A DNA stretch of 64,000 nt from the human T2T-CHM13v2.0 reference genome, Homo sapiens (GCF_009914755.1 NC_060947.1); one strand, 5' to 3'. Numbered from the stretch's first letter, positions 12,631-26,305 are shown. Notes: a model not told the origin generated them from the letters alone. Made by a program: numbers and translations.

Positions 12631-14539
12631 TAAATAAAAAATAAGGTAATGTTTAGAAGTCTTGGGTTGAGAGAACATATGAAGATTCTGCTTTGGAAAG
12701 CAAATAAAAGTTTATAGGGGAAAATACATGATTTTCTTCTGCAGTCAAGGTAAATCAGTCCTACCATGCTGTTATTGAGTGTCACTGAACTAAAAACATG
12801 CATCCTGAAAAATCTGGAGCCAAGGTGTCTACCAGGGTAGACGAAACTATGGACATAGTAAATCACAGAGACTGAGGAGTCTTGATCCTTATCAGGAATG
12901 CAGAGCTTCTTTGAGCTTGCTATGCTCTTTTTCCATCCTTTTTCTTCTTGCTCCTTTCTCCCCTTCCCAAGATAACCCAATTTATAGAATTGCCTCAATA
13001 TGTGCCGGTTGACATGACATTCTGAGTGGTGGAGAGTGCCAGAGAGACCCAGTTGTAACCTGTTGATTTATGGTCAGCCCGCTCCACTGTTACTTTCTGA
13101 TTTAACATCAAAAGAATGTATTATGAATGCAATCATGCTGGGCAAACAAATATACTGTTGCAAATGACTTTGCAGAATTTTTAAAATTCTGTCCATGTAT
13201 AAAATGAGCTAAAAGTGGCTCTTGCTGTAATCATTCAAATACCTTCGGACTCTTGCACCATATGTTTCCTACATTTTCTTTTATCATATGTGATTGTATA
13301 TTATAATACACAGCAATTCCAAAGGCGAACCAGATGGCTGTGTGTTTCTTAGTTCAGGATTCTCAGGCAGAAGGGAAGAGGGAATCTGGGGCTATATTTG
13401 GTTCTGATGAAACTGACAGGCTACCCGAAGTGATAATCAGAGGTATTTAAGGAAGACTCCCATTTACGATAAAGAGTTTAAGTGCTCAATCACGTCTGAA
13501 TGTGTCTTTAATGGGCATATCTTTAAAAAACTGATTTAATGTATTCCTTTACATCTGCTCAAGTTGAATACGTGGAGACAAGCAATATTTTAAACTAGTT
13601 ATTTTTTTAAAAAATACACGTTTCAGAAAAAGCAAATAATTTCTTGGAAAGACAGTTCAAAATATGGCCACTCTTCGGCTCTTGCTTCCTTATTGTTTAG
13701 GCTGCTAGACAATTATTTGCTGAATAAAAAAAGAGTGGGCTAAGTCAGCAAGAAGGAAGCAGGGAGAGAGGTGACTAGTTTTCTGAATGCAATTGATGGG
13801 TTCTTGCACAAGTTGCTTATGTTGTGCCTTCAGCTTCACAGGGGTGAAAACATTTTGTCCTTAAGATTGAGATGGGACAATCACAATTATGTGCAGTAGC
13901 CACACAAATTGCACAACATACGTTTCTTGTCTAATTTGCTCTGCAACAGTGTAAAACCAGATGAAAATTTCAAAATGAAAAACAAAAATAAACACAATCT
14001 ATGAACACATTGGTGGACTAAACTGATGGTGCTATAGTCAGGTGATATCTGCATGCCAGCCATAGGTATACCTGCCCATCCCAACATGTGTTCATATTGA
14101 AATGTATGCAGTGAAGAATTTTGAAAATTGAAAATTCGAAAACTCTTGAAAATTGATGATGGTCTCAGTACTCCGGGGGTGAAATACAGATGTGAAAAAA
14201 AAAGCATAAAACTCTTCAAAAAAAAAATTCTATTGCTGGGAATTAGAAGAGCTAGGATTTGAACACCAGACTCTGGCAACAAGGGCTGTTAACGTGCTCT
14301 GTGCAGAGACCCTGCTCTCTTCTCACCACCCTTCAATGTCAGAGGTTGCTGGAATTCCTTCCACAGCCCATTTTGTGTCTTGCTCTGCTCCCCATCTTGG
14401 AGATCTCAACCATACTCCTGCTTCCTCTACCACCTGGGTTGTTTGCATTCTCTCTCCTAGGACTCCCTCTGATACTCCAAACTGAGCCACCCAGTCTCTT
14501 CCAGAAAGCTCCATCTCCAGTCCCATATACACATCCAAC

Positions 14540-14850
14540 TCAAAATGACCCAAACTGGACTCAGCATTGCCCACTCTTTCCCCTTGAACGTCTTTCTTTG
14601 CTGATGGCCTTGTTATTTGTTTCATGCTACAAGAATATTTTTTCAAAAGTAGAATTCTGATCATGGTGTGTTGCCTTAGTTAAATTCCTCAGGAGAGTCC
14701 CATGATGTTCAAACATCACAGCAGGGCCAAGGAGACCCCTCATCATCTCCTGCACACTTGTCTTTCCTTTATTCTCTCCATAGGGATCTGGTGAGCTATT
14801 TGACTTCTTTGCAATTCCTCAAATATAGCTTACATATTCACATTTATTTT
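14540..14850 (+). mobile_element. L2 fragment
   Basis: TTTTCAAAAGTAGAATTCTGATCATGGTG...TTCAAACATCACAGCAGGGCCAAGG resembles degenerate L2 3' region. Confidence 0.45.
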
Positions 14851-15282
14851 CACATTTCCTCAAGAGAGAAGTTGCTTCCTTTCTTTTCTCCTCTAGTCAT
14901 TTGTTAAGAACCTTGCATGTCCTGGCATTTTTTATCCCCTTGTTCCAGGTTGTGAGTTCTCATGTCCAGTTGGCAGCACCAGGTGAAGTTGCAACAAGGG
15001 AATCATATCCCCACATGAAGAACACACAGAGACTGATCCTCCTTTGCTCTCACTGGGAGGAAGGTGGGTGGTGAGGTGGGGTTGGGGAGGCAGGGGAAGG
15101 GGAGTGTCAGCAGAACAGCAGGTAGCAGGGGATAGTGACCAGGTTGGGGAACCAGCAATGAGGCAGGGGCTCTGAGGCTCCATGGACAGAAGAATGGAGG
15201 AAGGATCAACGGGCAGGGAGTGATCTATTTGCCACAGCGCTGTGACCAACCACACCACCCAGCCCTTTCCCTACTTTTTTAA

Positions 15283-15903
15283 GGTCAACATTTGGTGAGG
15301 GCCTTAATGAGCCTGGATTCTGTGCCAAGTACTTCCCTGGAACTGCTCCATTTAATTTTCACAACAATCCTAGGAGTTAGGTACTCATATTAGTCCTATA
15401 TTTGCTAATTTATTTATTTTTGAGATATAATTCACATTCTATAAAAAATCACCATTTTAAACTGTACAATTCAGTGTTTTTTAGTATATTCACAAGATTG
15501 TCCAACCATCACCACTACCTAATTCTAGAATACTTTTATCACCCTCCACCCAAAAACCTCCATATCCATTAGCAGTCACTCCCCCAGCCCCTGGCAGCCA
15601 CGGATCTACTTTTTGTCTCTATAATTCTAGACATATGTATAAATGGAATTACATGATATATAGTCTTTTGTGTCTGGCTTCTTTCACTTAGCATAATGTT
15701 TTTGTGCTTCATGTATGTTGTAGCCTGTGTTGGGTACTTTATTTCTTTTAATGTCTAAATAATATTCTAACATATGGATAGACCACATTTTGTTTACGCA
15801 TTCATCCCTTGATGGACATTGGAGTTGTTTCCACCTTTTGGCTATTGTGAATAGAGCTGCTATGAGCCCTATTTTGTAGGCAAAGAGGCTGAGGCTCAGA
15901 GAG
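15283..15903 (-). mobile_element. MIR split by an L1MB insertion (MIR parts ~15283-15405 and ~15866-15903)
   Basis: CATTTAATTTTCACAACAATCCTAGGAGTTAGGTACT ... resumes CCTATTTTGTAGGCAAAGAGGCTGAGGCTCAGAGAG. Confidence 0.75.
15408..15865 (-). mobile_element. L1MB 3' end fragment
   Basis: TTTATTTTTGAGATATAATTCACATTCTATAAAAAATCACCATTTTAAACTGTACAATTCAGTG. Confidence 0.9.
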
Positions 15904-16295
15904 TGTCTCAGTCAGTTCAGGCTGCTGCAACAGAATACCATAGACTGGGTGGATTAAACAATAGGGATGTATTTCTCAAAGTTCTGGAGGCTGAAAAGTT
16001 CAAGATCAAAGTGCCGACAGATCTGGTGCCTGGTGAGGGCTCACTTCCTGGATTGTAGATGATTGCCTTCTGGTTGTGTCCTCACATGGCAGAGAGCACT
16101 GAGTGGAAGCAAGCTCTCTGGGGACTCTAACAGGGCACTAATCCCATTCATGGGGGCTCCACCCTCATGACCTCGTCTAGTCATAATCACCTCCCAAAGG
16201 CCCTACCTCCTAATACCATTACAGTGGGGGCTTGGGCTTCAACATATGAATTTGGCAGCGGGGGGTGGGGGGACAAAAACATTCAATCCATAACA
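15904..16295 (-). mobile_element. MLT1A/MSTD-like MaLR LTR
   Basis: TGTCTCAGTCAGTTCAGGCTGCTGCAACAGAATACCATAGACTGGGTGG ... AACATTCAATCCATAACA. Confidence 0.88.
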
Positions 16296-16317
16296 GATAT
16301 TGATTAAAACACAATAA

Positions 16318-16450
16318 TTAAAAGCATTGCTTTTTGAAACAAACAGACCTAGATTCAAAACTTAGCTTGTTCACTTCCTAGCCTGTGACTTTGGACCCAT
16401 TATTCATCTTCTTTAACTTCTATAGTCAATATAAAGACAGTAATGTCACT
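16318..16450 (+). mobile_element. MIR fragment
   Basis: CAGACCTAGATTCAAAACTTAGCTTGTTCACTTCCTAGCCTGTGACTTTGG. Confidence 0.65.
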
Positions 16451-16604
16451 TGAGCATTTAGGTTGGCATGAATACTCTTTATAGTTCACATAAAGGAGTG
16501 CTTTCCTCATATTAGGACTTTCATGAAGAGTAATGATGGGACCCTCTGCACTTGGCCCTTCCTAGGTGCCCAATAACTAATTTTGAATGAATAAATGAAT
16601 ACAA

Positions 16605-16775
16605 AAGCATGATTTGAATTCGGATTTGGTCATTTATCAACTATGTGACCTTGAACAAGTTACTCATCTGCAAAATTGGGGGACAGTAGTTGTTGTGGTT
16701 GTACTAGGTGAAATTAAGCGCAAGATCTAGTAGAATTCCCAGAACATGATAAAGGCTCAGTAAATATCAGTTCTT
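16605..16775 (+). mobile_element. MIR fragment
   Basis: CTATGTGACCTTGAACAAGTTACTCATCTGCAAAATTGGG. Confidence 0.65.
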
Positions 16776-17891
16776 TTCCTTCATCCAACTTAGTATTTCC
16801 TCTTTTATTACCGTGCAACATACAGCTTAACCCCACAACTAGGCTTTCAACTGTACATTTATAGTTACCAATAAATTTTCACTTTTGACTTAATAATATT
16901 TCTCTTCTATATTATTAGGGAAAGAAAAGTATGGCGTTAAGGATATAATTTGGGAGCTCCTTATTTGAATAAACACACAATGTGTTTATGAAACACTTTT
17001 GCTTTCAGCTGAATCTTTATTTTTAGCATTTTTGTCAAGGCAAACTTTGCTAAAGTCAATAATATAAAATTCAAGGCATCAAAACATTCCACTTTTGCAG
17101 AAAAGCCTAAATGTAAATTGATTATCTGGTGTTCTCAAGGTCTCTGCTTAGTGAGAGAGGCCAAATCTTAATGGAAAAGTCACTACCATGGGCTCCGTTC
17201 ATTTGGCAAGGAATGAAAAGTAGGTCAGGGGTCGGCGCAGGGTGAAGGAAAATGTCTTTGAAAGAACTCATCAGATGTCACTCAGGGATTATTAATTTAC
17301 TGAAAAGTCTACCTTTGGCCTGGGGATTTACTAAAGTTAGAATGTGCTGGATGTTTCCTTTGAACTCTGCATCCAGGCATCCAGAGGAATGCTGGCTCAC
17401 TTCTGTGCTGCGACCCCACAAACCTGGCCTGTGTTATCAGCCAGCTCTGGCCTGTTGCAGGTTTTTTTCTACACCTGATGATGATGACATGATTCTGCTC
17501 AGACTCTTCAGTAATGTCAGGGTCTCAAAGATGAGGGGAAAAGAAAAAAACGATGGCCTTCATGGTGTTTTGGTATTCTGCTGCTGTTACTGGATCATTA
17601 GAGTTCTTAAGTCCAAGGAGATGAATGCTACAATAACCATTTAGCACCTGGTGAGAAATGAGACATGCAGTGTGGGAAGAGGGTGAGAGGGTGTTACGGT
17701 AGATTACTTAGCAGCAATATAATATAGTAGGAAATTTTCACCACCATGTGCTACTAGCTTTGATAAATCTCATACTGGTTTGCCCATCTTTTCTATTCTC
17801 CTGCAAATGGTTTATAGGTATATTTTTATGCTAGGCTAGTGTAAAGTGTCAATTGGTTTGCATTTATCCACTTAAGCACTTTAAGAAATTG

Positions 17892-18140
17892 TAGCAAATT
17901 CAGAGAGACAGAAAGGAGAATGGTGGTTGCCTGGCTTTGGGACAGGCAGAATGGGGATTCGTTGTTTAATGGTTATAGAGTTTCAGTTTTATAAAATGAA
18001 AAGAGTTCTGGAGATGGATGATGGTGATAGTTGCACAACAATGTGAATGTACTAAGTGCTACTGAACTCTACACTTAAAAATGATTAAGATGAGAAATTC
18101 TATGTTATGTGTATTTTACCACAATTGAAAATAATTTTTA
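17892..18140 (+). mobile_element. L1MB 3' end fragment
   Basis: GAGACAGAAAGGAGAATGGTGGTTGCC...GAGTTCTGGAGATGGATGATGGTGATAGTTGCACAACAATGTGAATG. Confidence 0.9.
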
Positions 18141-18569
18141 AAATTATGCTGCCAATCCTAAAGCTATTAAAAATGTTAAGTTCAAAAGCACCAGTTTGGG
18201 AATGAAGTGCATTGCTCGGATGCTATTTATTATATTTCTGCCACCTATATCATTTTAAAACACAAGTTACATAAGAATGCATGTACTTTCCTTTGCAATC
18301 ATATAATTATACTTGTGTGAAAAGTGAATGCAGGATTTTTACATTGATGGAAGATTGGTAAAATTTTTATTGGATATTCATACCAGAGATCTCTAGTTGG
18401 TACAACTAGCCAAAAAATTTTTAGTGGGTTCCACAGAAAATTAATTTATCTGATCAGCTGAAAATAAATTTAGCAGAATGTGCTATGACACAGTCATTAT
18501 TCTTGACGGCACAGCTGGTCACCTTTAGCCCTTGATGTTTCAACAAACCATTTAGAGAAGACCTAAGGA

Positions 18570-19071
<502 letters not shown>

Positions 19072-19089
19072 ATCTAAGAAAAGAGTAGG

Positions 19090-19600
19090 AAATCTATAGC
19101 GATCTAAGTTTTTTCTTCTGATGCCTTATGGTGAGATTAAAAAGACATCTGCACCAAGCTTGCAGAATGAGAGTTGGTAGACGGAGAAAACCCAAAATAA
19201 CTGAAAAACCATTAATCTTTGAAATGGTATGTCAGAACCGAACATGATAAAATGATACCATGTTGTAGGAAAAATCTTACAATTCTGATCCTAGAGTGAT
19301 TCAGAAGAATCTTTAATCCAGAGTGCAAAGAAGATCCAGAACAAAACTTAGATGTTTTTACTGAAGAGGAAAGTAGTGTTAAGTGTAGGAATAATTAAAT
19401 ATTATGGTGGTTAATCTAAAAAGATTTTAGGCCTTGCTAAGGCAGTTGAAGGGTGATTTTCAGGTACTATTACTTGGATGCAGTTGTGATGTATGCCCCC
19501 CTTCTAAAGGAGAGTTGCAAATGGTTTAGTTTTTTGGTGGGGCCAGTCCCAGATCCTAGTCCAAAGTACTGAATGGTTGAGGTCTTAAGAATAATTACGA
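19090..19600 (+). mobile_element. possible L3/CR1 LINE remnant
   Basis: TTTGAAATGGTATGTCAGAACCGAACATGATAAAATG...GGAAAAATCTTACAATTCTGATCCTAG weakly resembles CR1 RT region. Confidence 0.35.
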
Positions 19601-19849
19601 AGGATTAAGGAGCACCAACCACTCTCTCAGCCTTGACCCACCAGAAGGATGATAACGATTAGAGGGCATTTCTGAGTAAGGTTAGAACATGGTATATTGT
19701 TAACATGAAACTCAAGACACCAGGGTTTCCAACACGGCTAAGGTACACTATGTACTTAGGTTTTCATTATATTCTCTCTAGTACCTTCTATATAAAGTTA
19801 AACTAACACGAAATCACCTTATCAGCCCTTCCTGGCCCCAGGGTTCAAT

Positions 19850-20050
19850 GTATCTCCTTGCCCTGTAGTCTCCCAGTGTTTCACATATATGTTTGTCTTT
19901 GCACCTTAGTAAATGGCCAAATTTTGTTCATAAATCTGAATCACTCCTGAGAGACTTAAACCCTTCAAGACTAGGAAATTCTAGTCTGTCAGCATCCAGG
20001 TTTGCATCTAACACACTAAAAGGCTTCAATAAATGTTGTTGAAAGAAAAG
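19850..20050 (+). mobile_element. L2 3' end
   Basis: CTTCAATAAATGTTGTTGAA tail, which continues as GAGTGAATG after the MSTA. Confidence 0.6.
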
Positions 20051-20053
20051 AGT

Positions 20054-20444
20054 TGATTAGGTTTGGCTCTGTGTCCCCACCCAAATCTCATGTTGAATTG
20101 TAATCCGCAATGTTGGGGGAGAGAACTGGTGGGAGGTGATTGGATCATGGGGATGGATTTTCCCTTTTCTTTTCTCATGATAGTGAGTGAGTTCTCATGA
20201 GATCTGGTTGTTTGAAAGTGGGTAGCACTTCCCCCTTCGATCTCTTTCTTCCTCCTTCTCTCACTATGTAAGACATGCTTGTTTCCCCTTTGCCTTCTGC
20301 CATGATTGTAAATTGTAAATTTCCTGAGACCTCCCCAGAAAAAGATGCCTGTGCAGCCTGAAGAACCATGAGTCTATCGAACCTCTTTTCTTTATAAATT
20401 ACCCAGTCTCAGGTATGTCTTTATAGCAGTGTGAGAATGGACAG
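20054..20444 (+). mobile_element. MSTA MaLR solo LTR
   Basis: TGATTAGGTTTGGCTCTGTGTCCCCACCCAAATCTCATGTTGAATTGTAATC ... TTATAAATTACCCAGTCTCAGGTATGTCTTTATAGCAGTGTGAGAATGGAC. Confidence 0.93.
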
Positions 20445-20759
20445 GAGTGAATGCATACAGACTAAAGACTGAGATTAGGGATTAGGATTTTAGAGAAACT
20501 GTATGAGGTAATGAGTTTTCATGATGTAAAATAATTTTTTAAAACTTAGAGACTGTGTAGTAGAAATCTTTTGGGAGTTTGTGTAGGTCATAAACTATAC
20601 TCTCCCTTTAAGAACTGTCCAGAAGAATGCAAACATCCATCACTGCTGTGTCCCCAGCATCCAGTCCAGTAGACACTTAATGTGTATTTGTTGAAAGATT
20701 GGATCTGTGGATGATCCTCTAGAAAGCCTTGATTATGACATGTTACCATGCCCGCTTTG

Positions 20760-21170
20760 GCTAAAATGGATTAGATCAGGATTGTACACATGACCCAAAC
20801 TGAGCCAATGAGATTCTCTTCTGAGAACTTAAATTGGCACTGAAAGACAGTTGGTTGGAGTCTGAGTGTTCTTGAAATGATAACATTTAAGTGGATGATC
20901 TTTAAGGTTAGATGCCACATGAAGAAGCAGAAAAAGCCAATCAGTGGGTATGCACTGTATGCACACATGCATACACACGCACACGGCCTTTTAAAATTTT
21001 GTTTTACCTCCTTTCTGGTTCTTGTTCCCATTCCCTCCCTGAGGTCCAACTTAATTTCTCCCCTTGGTTCTATGAGACACCCTGCAAATACCCCTTCTGC
21101 CTAAACCAGCTCAGTTGATTTTTGCTGCATGCGACCTTGCTGCATGCAACCAAAAACTATTAACAAATAT
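20760..21170 (+). mobile_element. MLT1J/K-like MaLR LTR
   Basis: CACATGACCCAAACTGAGCCAATGAGATTCTCTTCTGAGA ... CTAAACCAGCTCAGTTGATTT...TGCAACCAAAA. Confidence 0.7.
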
Positions 21171-21764
21171 ACTATCACAATAATTCATTTTCCTTCCTTA
21201 GACATTTCAACATTTGTAAGATTTAAAAATCACCCCAGTAAATACTTGTGTTAATTTGAATTGATTTCTATTTCCTTGGACTTCAGCTATTTTGAAATGC
21301 CTACTTGGCCTCCTTCCATCTTTTGAAAAGCAAAGCAAAACAGAAAGAACCACAAGCCACTAGCTGATGTGCACTCTTAAGGTCTGTGTATAAATTATGC
21401 CTTTGAAACACTTGGAATCTTCCTGGGGAACCATTTCCCAGCAGGGGAAGAAAAACTAACAAGTTTCAGAAGTAAACTGGAAATATTACTCATTGCTATG
21501 GAAAAGTGCAGCTTTGTAGTAACCAAAGAAGTAAAAACAAATGAATTATCTTTAATGGCAGGATACATAGTAGTCAAGAATGGGGACCTGGGACCAGATG
21601 ACCTGTTTATATGTTACAATCCCCCAACTGGAGGGTACACGTTGTAAAACTAGTGTCTAGTGTCTGGTTCTTCTCTTTGCCCCCCTTTGCTCTCAGAGGA
21701 GGGTATCACTTTAGAAGGTATTCCTTAGATGTTTTTTGAACAAAGACTGAATGATGAAAGAAAG

Positions 21765-21995
21765 GATAGTGATTAAGTTTGGAGATCAGACTCAGGGAAA
21801 CTGCCTGGTTCCAGCACTCCTATCTGTGTGACCTCAGGTGTGTTACTTAACTTGTCCTTGTCTTGGTTTCTATAACTCTAAAATGAGGATGGTAGTAGAC
21901 CTTTTTTTATAGTGCTGGTGAGAGTATTAAATGAGTGAATTTATGCAAAACATAGAATTCAATGCCTGCAAAGGAGAAGGCAGGCAGTAAATGTT
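21765..21995 (+). mobile_element. MIR SINE
   Basis: CTGTGTGACCTCAGGTGTGTTACTTAAC...TAAAATGAGGATGGTAGTAGACC...GTATTAAATGAG. Confidence 0.78.
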
Positions 21996-22844
21996 TTAAA
22001 TCATTATGTTAAGATAATAGCTTTTCACTGTTGTATTTCCTCTGCTTTTAAATTTTATAAAAATGTTGGAAGGAAGAGAATTAGGGACATTTGGCCTGTA
22101 AAATAAAGATATTAAAGAAATATATCCCTGTGTAAGGTACAGTAAAAATGTATTTACTTGTTCCCCCCAAAAATGAAATTTTAAGGGAGAATATCAATAT
22201 AAACATGACGTGCAACACAAAATTTTAGACCTTAAAAACATCTAAACTTAAAAAGCTCATGGGATGGGCCACATAAGAGGTAAGTTTGGGTGCAAATATT
22301 AGATCCTCCATTTTACAGCCAGAAAGCTTGATGAGTTTCTTTGGCTCAAGGGGATCAGCTCAGGTTGGACTCGTCCTGGTAGTTGTAGTGGGAGGTATTG
22401 TTCTGGTGTCAAATCAACCAGGGTCCTCTCCTCATGCTTCACTCTTGCCATGCATGGTGCAAATCTAAGGATCACTCCCTACCTTCCCCATGAGTCCCTG
22501 AATAATGTGCCAGGAAATACTGCTTTTTGTGGTCTTCCTCCTCATCATCAAGCAATTGAATTATTCCATCTTGAATTGATTCTTCATCTTAAATTACTTT
22601 CAGTCCTTTTGGCTGCAGATATTTATGTATTTGTGGCTCCTTGGGCAGCTTGTCTCAGTGTAAATGGGCTCCTTTATCTCTGTTAGGGTCGCCCTTTACT
22701 CCGTATGTCATCTTTTGAATGTCTTTCCGAGGATTTGACTGGGAATGCTCATTCTGTTGGCGCAAACACATGGTTATATGATGACAAGGAGACGGGGCTG
22801 ACTGGCAAGATGATTATAATGACTGTTACTGTCTAGTCTAGGAA

Positions 22845-23120
22845 GGCGGGCTCATCAGGACAGTGTGCTAATAAAAGTAAGATTGTAGGTTTAGAACCCA
22901 CATCAGCCAGATTGTTCTACTCTGTTCTACTTGTTCTTTTCCAAACTTTGGCCTTCCCAATGCCAATTATGTGTTTTTTGTTTTGTTTTGTTTTGTTTTT
23001 TAGATAACAATAGGTTAGGTGGGAGAGTGTGGATGAATCAGGGACAATCTTTCCATCTGCTGCACAAATAAACCAGACATGCTAGCACCATATTCCCATG
23101 CAGAGGGTGCAGCATTGTGA
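22845..23120 (+). mobile_element. MamSINE1-like tRNA-derived ancient SINE
   Basis: tRNA-Ile-like head GTGCTAATAAAAGTAAGATTGTAGGTTTAGAACCC, then CTCTGTTC and GGTGGGAGAGTGTGGATGAATCAG, matching recalled MamSINE1 body. Confidence 0.6.
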
Positions 23121-23169
23121 CAACACAGGATTAGTTCACTGTGGATGGTAAAGGTGGTAAAGGCATGTA

Positions 23170-23898
<729 letters not shown>

Positions 23899-24064
23899 CC
23901 AAAGCCTGCTCTTGAGGTACAAGGACCCTGCTTGTGCTCCATGGACACAATGTAAGCAGAAGTTACCAGCACACAGTAGTTTCCTAAGCAGTTGCTCTAC
24001 ATACAAATGTTAGTAAATGCTTAACTAATTCAACATATGTTTATGGGACTCCTAATGCTGAGAG

Positions 24065-24260
24065 GCTGCTTAGCTGGTTCTGGAATCCATTTTATCATTA
24101 TGCACTCTTTGACTTCGATTTTGGCTTCCTCATTTGTAAAATGAGGAACAATAATCTCACCCACCTTATAGGATTGTATGAAAAGGTAAAGAAAATGATG
24201 CATGCAGAGGACCAGCTATGGCCCCTGGCTTGGAGGAAGTACTCAATAATGTTACTTATC
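24065..24260 (+). mobile_element. MIR SINE
   Basis: CTTCCTCATTTGTAAAATGAGGAACAATAATCTCACCCACCTTATAGGATTG. Confidence 0.7.
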
Positions 24261-24264
24261 GATA

Positions 24265-24460
24265 TGGTATTTATTTTGTGTTAGGTGCTAGAACACAAAA
24301 ATAAACACAGCAGACTTGGTCTCTGACCTGGTGGAGCTTGCAGTGGATGGGGGGAAGGCAGACATTCAAGTAAGGCTAAAAGTGCAATAATTACCACGAT
24401 AGAGGAATACATGATATTGGGGGGCACACAGCAAGGACATCAAAACCAGCCTAGAGGAGA
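24265..24460 (-). mobile_element. L2 fragment
   Basis: GTTAGGTGCTAGAACACAAAAATAAACACAGCAGACTTGGTCTCTGACCTGGTGGAGCTTGCAGT. Confidence 0.65.
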
Positions 24461-24494
24461 GATGGTGGGAGGAGGAGGGGCAGAAAGGTGGGGT

Positions 24495-25630
24495 CTGATA
24501 TAGTTTGCTGAAAAACAGTTGGTCAAGAGCTACCTCGCTTAGAGCTCTTGCCGATGGCCAAATTGCCTAGTGGCCAATTTATCAAAGTTTATAAGTTTAC
24601 TAAACACTTATCTTAAGAATATTTTAGGGAAAGAAAAATAACTTTCTGTTTTCAACCCTCATAAATTCTTAGTGGGAATGGACCCTTGTAACATAAGACA
24701 GAATAACAAGAGAAAAACAGAAGTTTAACATTCATATTTCGTATATACATGGAAGACATTCAGAGAATGCGTAGTTCTCAAAGAGGCTTTGAGTTTCAGC
24801 TTATGTTGCATCTTCAACAAAGAACAAAAATTTTCAGAGAAGTGACAAGACAAAGGAAAAGAACTTTGAGTCTCTAGGGACAGCAACTTGTGGCTAGGCA
24901 AATAACTGGCAGATAAAGTCTACTTAGGAAAGTTTGTTGGTGTAGATTCCTCTGGTACCATCTTCAGGCTGATAAGGGTCTAGAGTTGTTTTTAGTGGTT
25001 AACACTTGTTCTTCCTGGTAGAAAGGGGACAAGATACCTTTGTCTTTATAAATCTTTGTCTTTCTTTTAGGCAAATAAGATAACTTTCCTGCATCTGCTT
25101 CTTCTTGCTTGCCTTCACTCAACAATCTTGTATATTTTGGGGTGGCATTTTCTTGTCTCCTAGAAAATTCTCCTTGAATCTTAGTCAACTGATGTATTTT
25201 CCATAGACACAATAACTTGCTAAAAGTTCTGAGTTTTTGGGCAGTTTCAACTTCATGAAGATATTTTTCATTAATGTTGCTATTTGTGAAAACCATGTTA
25301 ATGAAGTTATTTATTAAATATATTAATAATTATAAGGATTTTATATTTTGAATTTATTGAATATATTCTTGAATATATTCTAACGCATAATTATTCAATA
25401 TTTTTACTTACTATGGTTAAGAAGGCTATAATTCCAAGAATACAACATTTATTTTCATTGACCATATTAAAGAAAACTATTCCTTAAAGGGAGATTTCAG
25501 CCAATGAGTAATTTTGGCAAATTCAATCAGTTGGTCATTTGGCAAATTAAAAATTTTGCAAATTGATCCTTCAGTTAATTGGCTTTAAACAAACTGGTCA
25601 TCTGGTATATGGTGTATTTGGCTAATTGGA
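24495..25630. mobile_element. Looper-like (piggyBac-class) DNA transposon, split by MER34 LTR
   Basis: Arrays of degenerate CCAATTTGCCAAATGA-type units at the left end (24495-24590) and in inverted orientation at the right end (25510-25630); AT-rich body. Confidence 0.55.
24624..25163 (-). mobile_element. MER34-family ERV1 LTR
   Basis: TAGGGAAAGAAAAATAAC...TGTAACATAAGACAGAATAACAAGAGAAAAACAG ... ATATTTTGGGGTGGCATTTTCT. Confidence 0.8.
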
Positions 25631-26305
25631 CATGACTTCTTTCAAATTCTATTCATGCGTGGTCACTATGCATCTGTTCTTCAATTTATGTATAGACAGT
25701 AAAACATGTAGTTGTGTTGCCTCCTTGTCTCCCAGTAGTAAATTCACAGGATATTATACAGAATAGATAATTGGAAGAGAGAATTGGCCAATGAAAATGA
25801 AAGTGTGGCAAAGAAATGAAACATGATGACATTGGAAATGAAATTGGAATCAAACATAAAAGGAGTTAACAACAGAAATAGCTGACTGTGGGAACACCAA
25901 TGCTTCTACCATTAGAGAGCCTGTAGACCTGCAACTAGAGGAATTTAGTGAAGGGAAACTTATGGATGTAAATGAGGAATGTGGTTGAGACAAGAAGAAT
26001 GAAGATGCCGCAGAGGAAGAAATGCCAACAAAACAAAAAAACTTCACCCTAAAGGAATTCACAGAGACAATTCATGATGTTGAAGATACAAAGGATAAAA
26101 TGTTAAAAGTGGATTCAAAGTTAGAAAAGGATATGACAATTTTCCCAGGCAAGGTACTTTGTATTGTAGGTTACATAATGGTGTTTTACAAATAAATAAA
26201 ACACTTTAATTTTCTATGTTTTAAATTACAGTGTACTAAATATTAGCTTTAGTATTTTTCATTTCCTTATGCATTTGTAACTGACATTAAGAGAGTTTTA
26301 AAGCT
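25630..26305 (+). mobile_element. Tigger13a-like TcMar DNA transposon, left part
   Basis: TGTAGTTGTGTTGCCTCCTTGTCTCCCAG...GAGGAATTTAGTGAAGGGAAACTTATGGATGTAAATGAGGAA...AAACTTCACCCTAAAGGAATTC. Confidence 0.75.

Noticed and set aside
22483-22754. Possible minus-strand exon (acceptor-like GCCAACAG, donor-like AAG|GTAGGG)
   Set aside because: The frames I translated hit stops, and such splice-like pairs are common by chance. A lncRNA exon cannot be excluded without RNA data.
22860-22905. tRNA gene
   Set aside because: Too degenerate to form a cloverleaf; better explained as a SINE head.
25760-26150. Purine-rich stretch that looks like coding sequence
   Set aside because: Decayed Tigger transposase-derived text containing stops.
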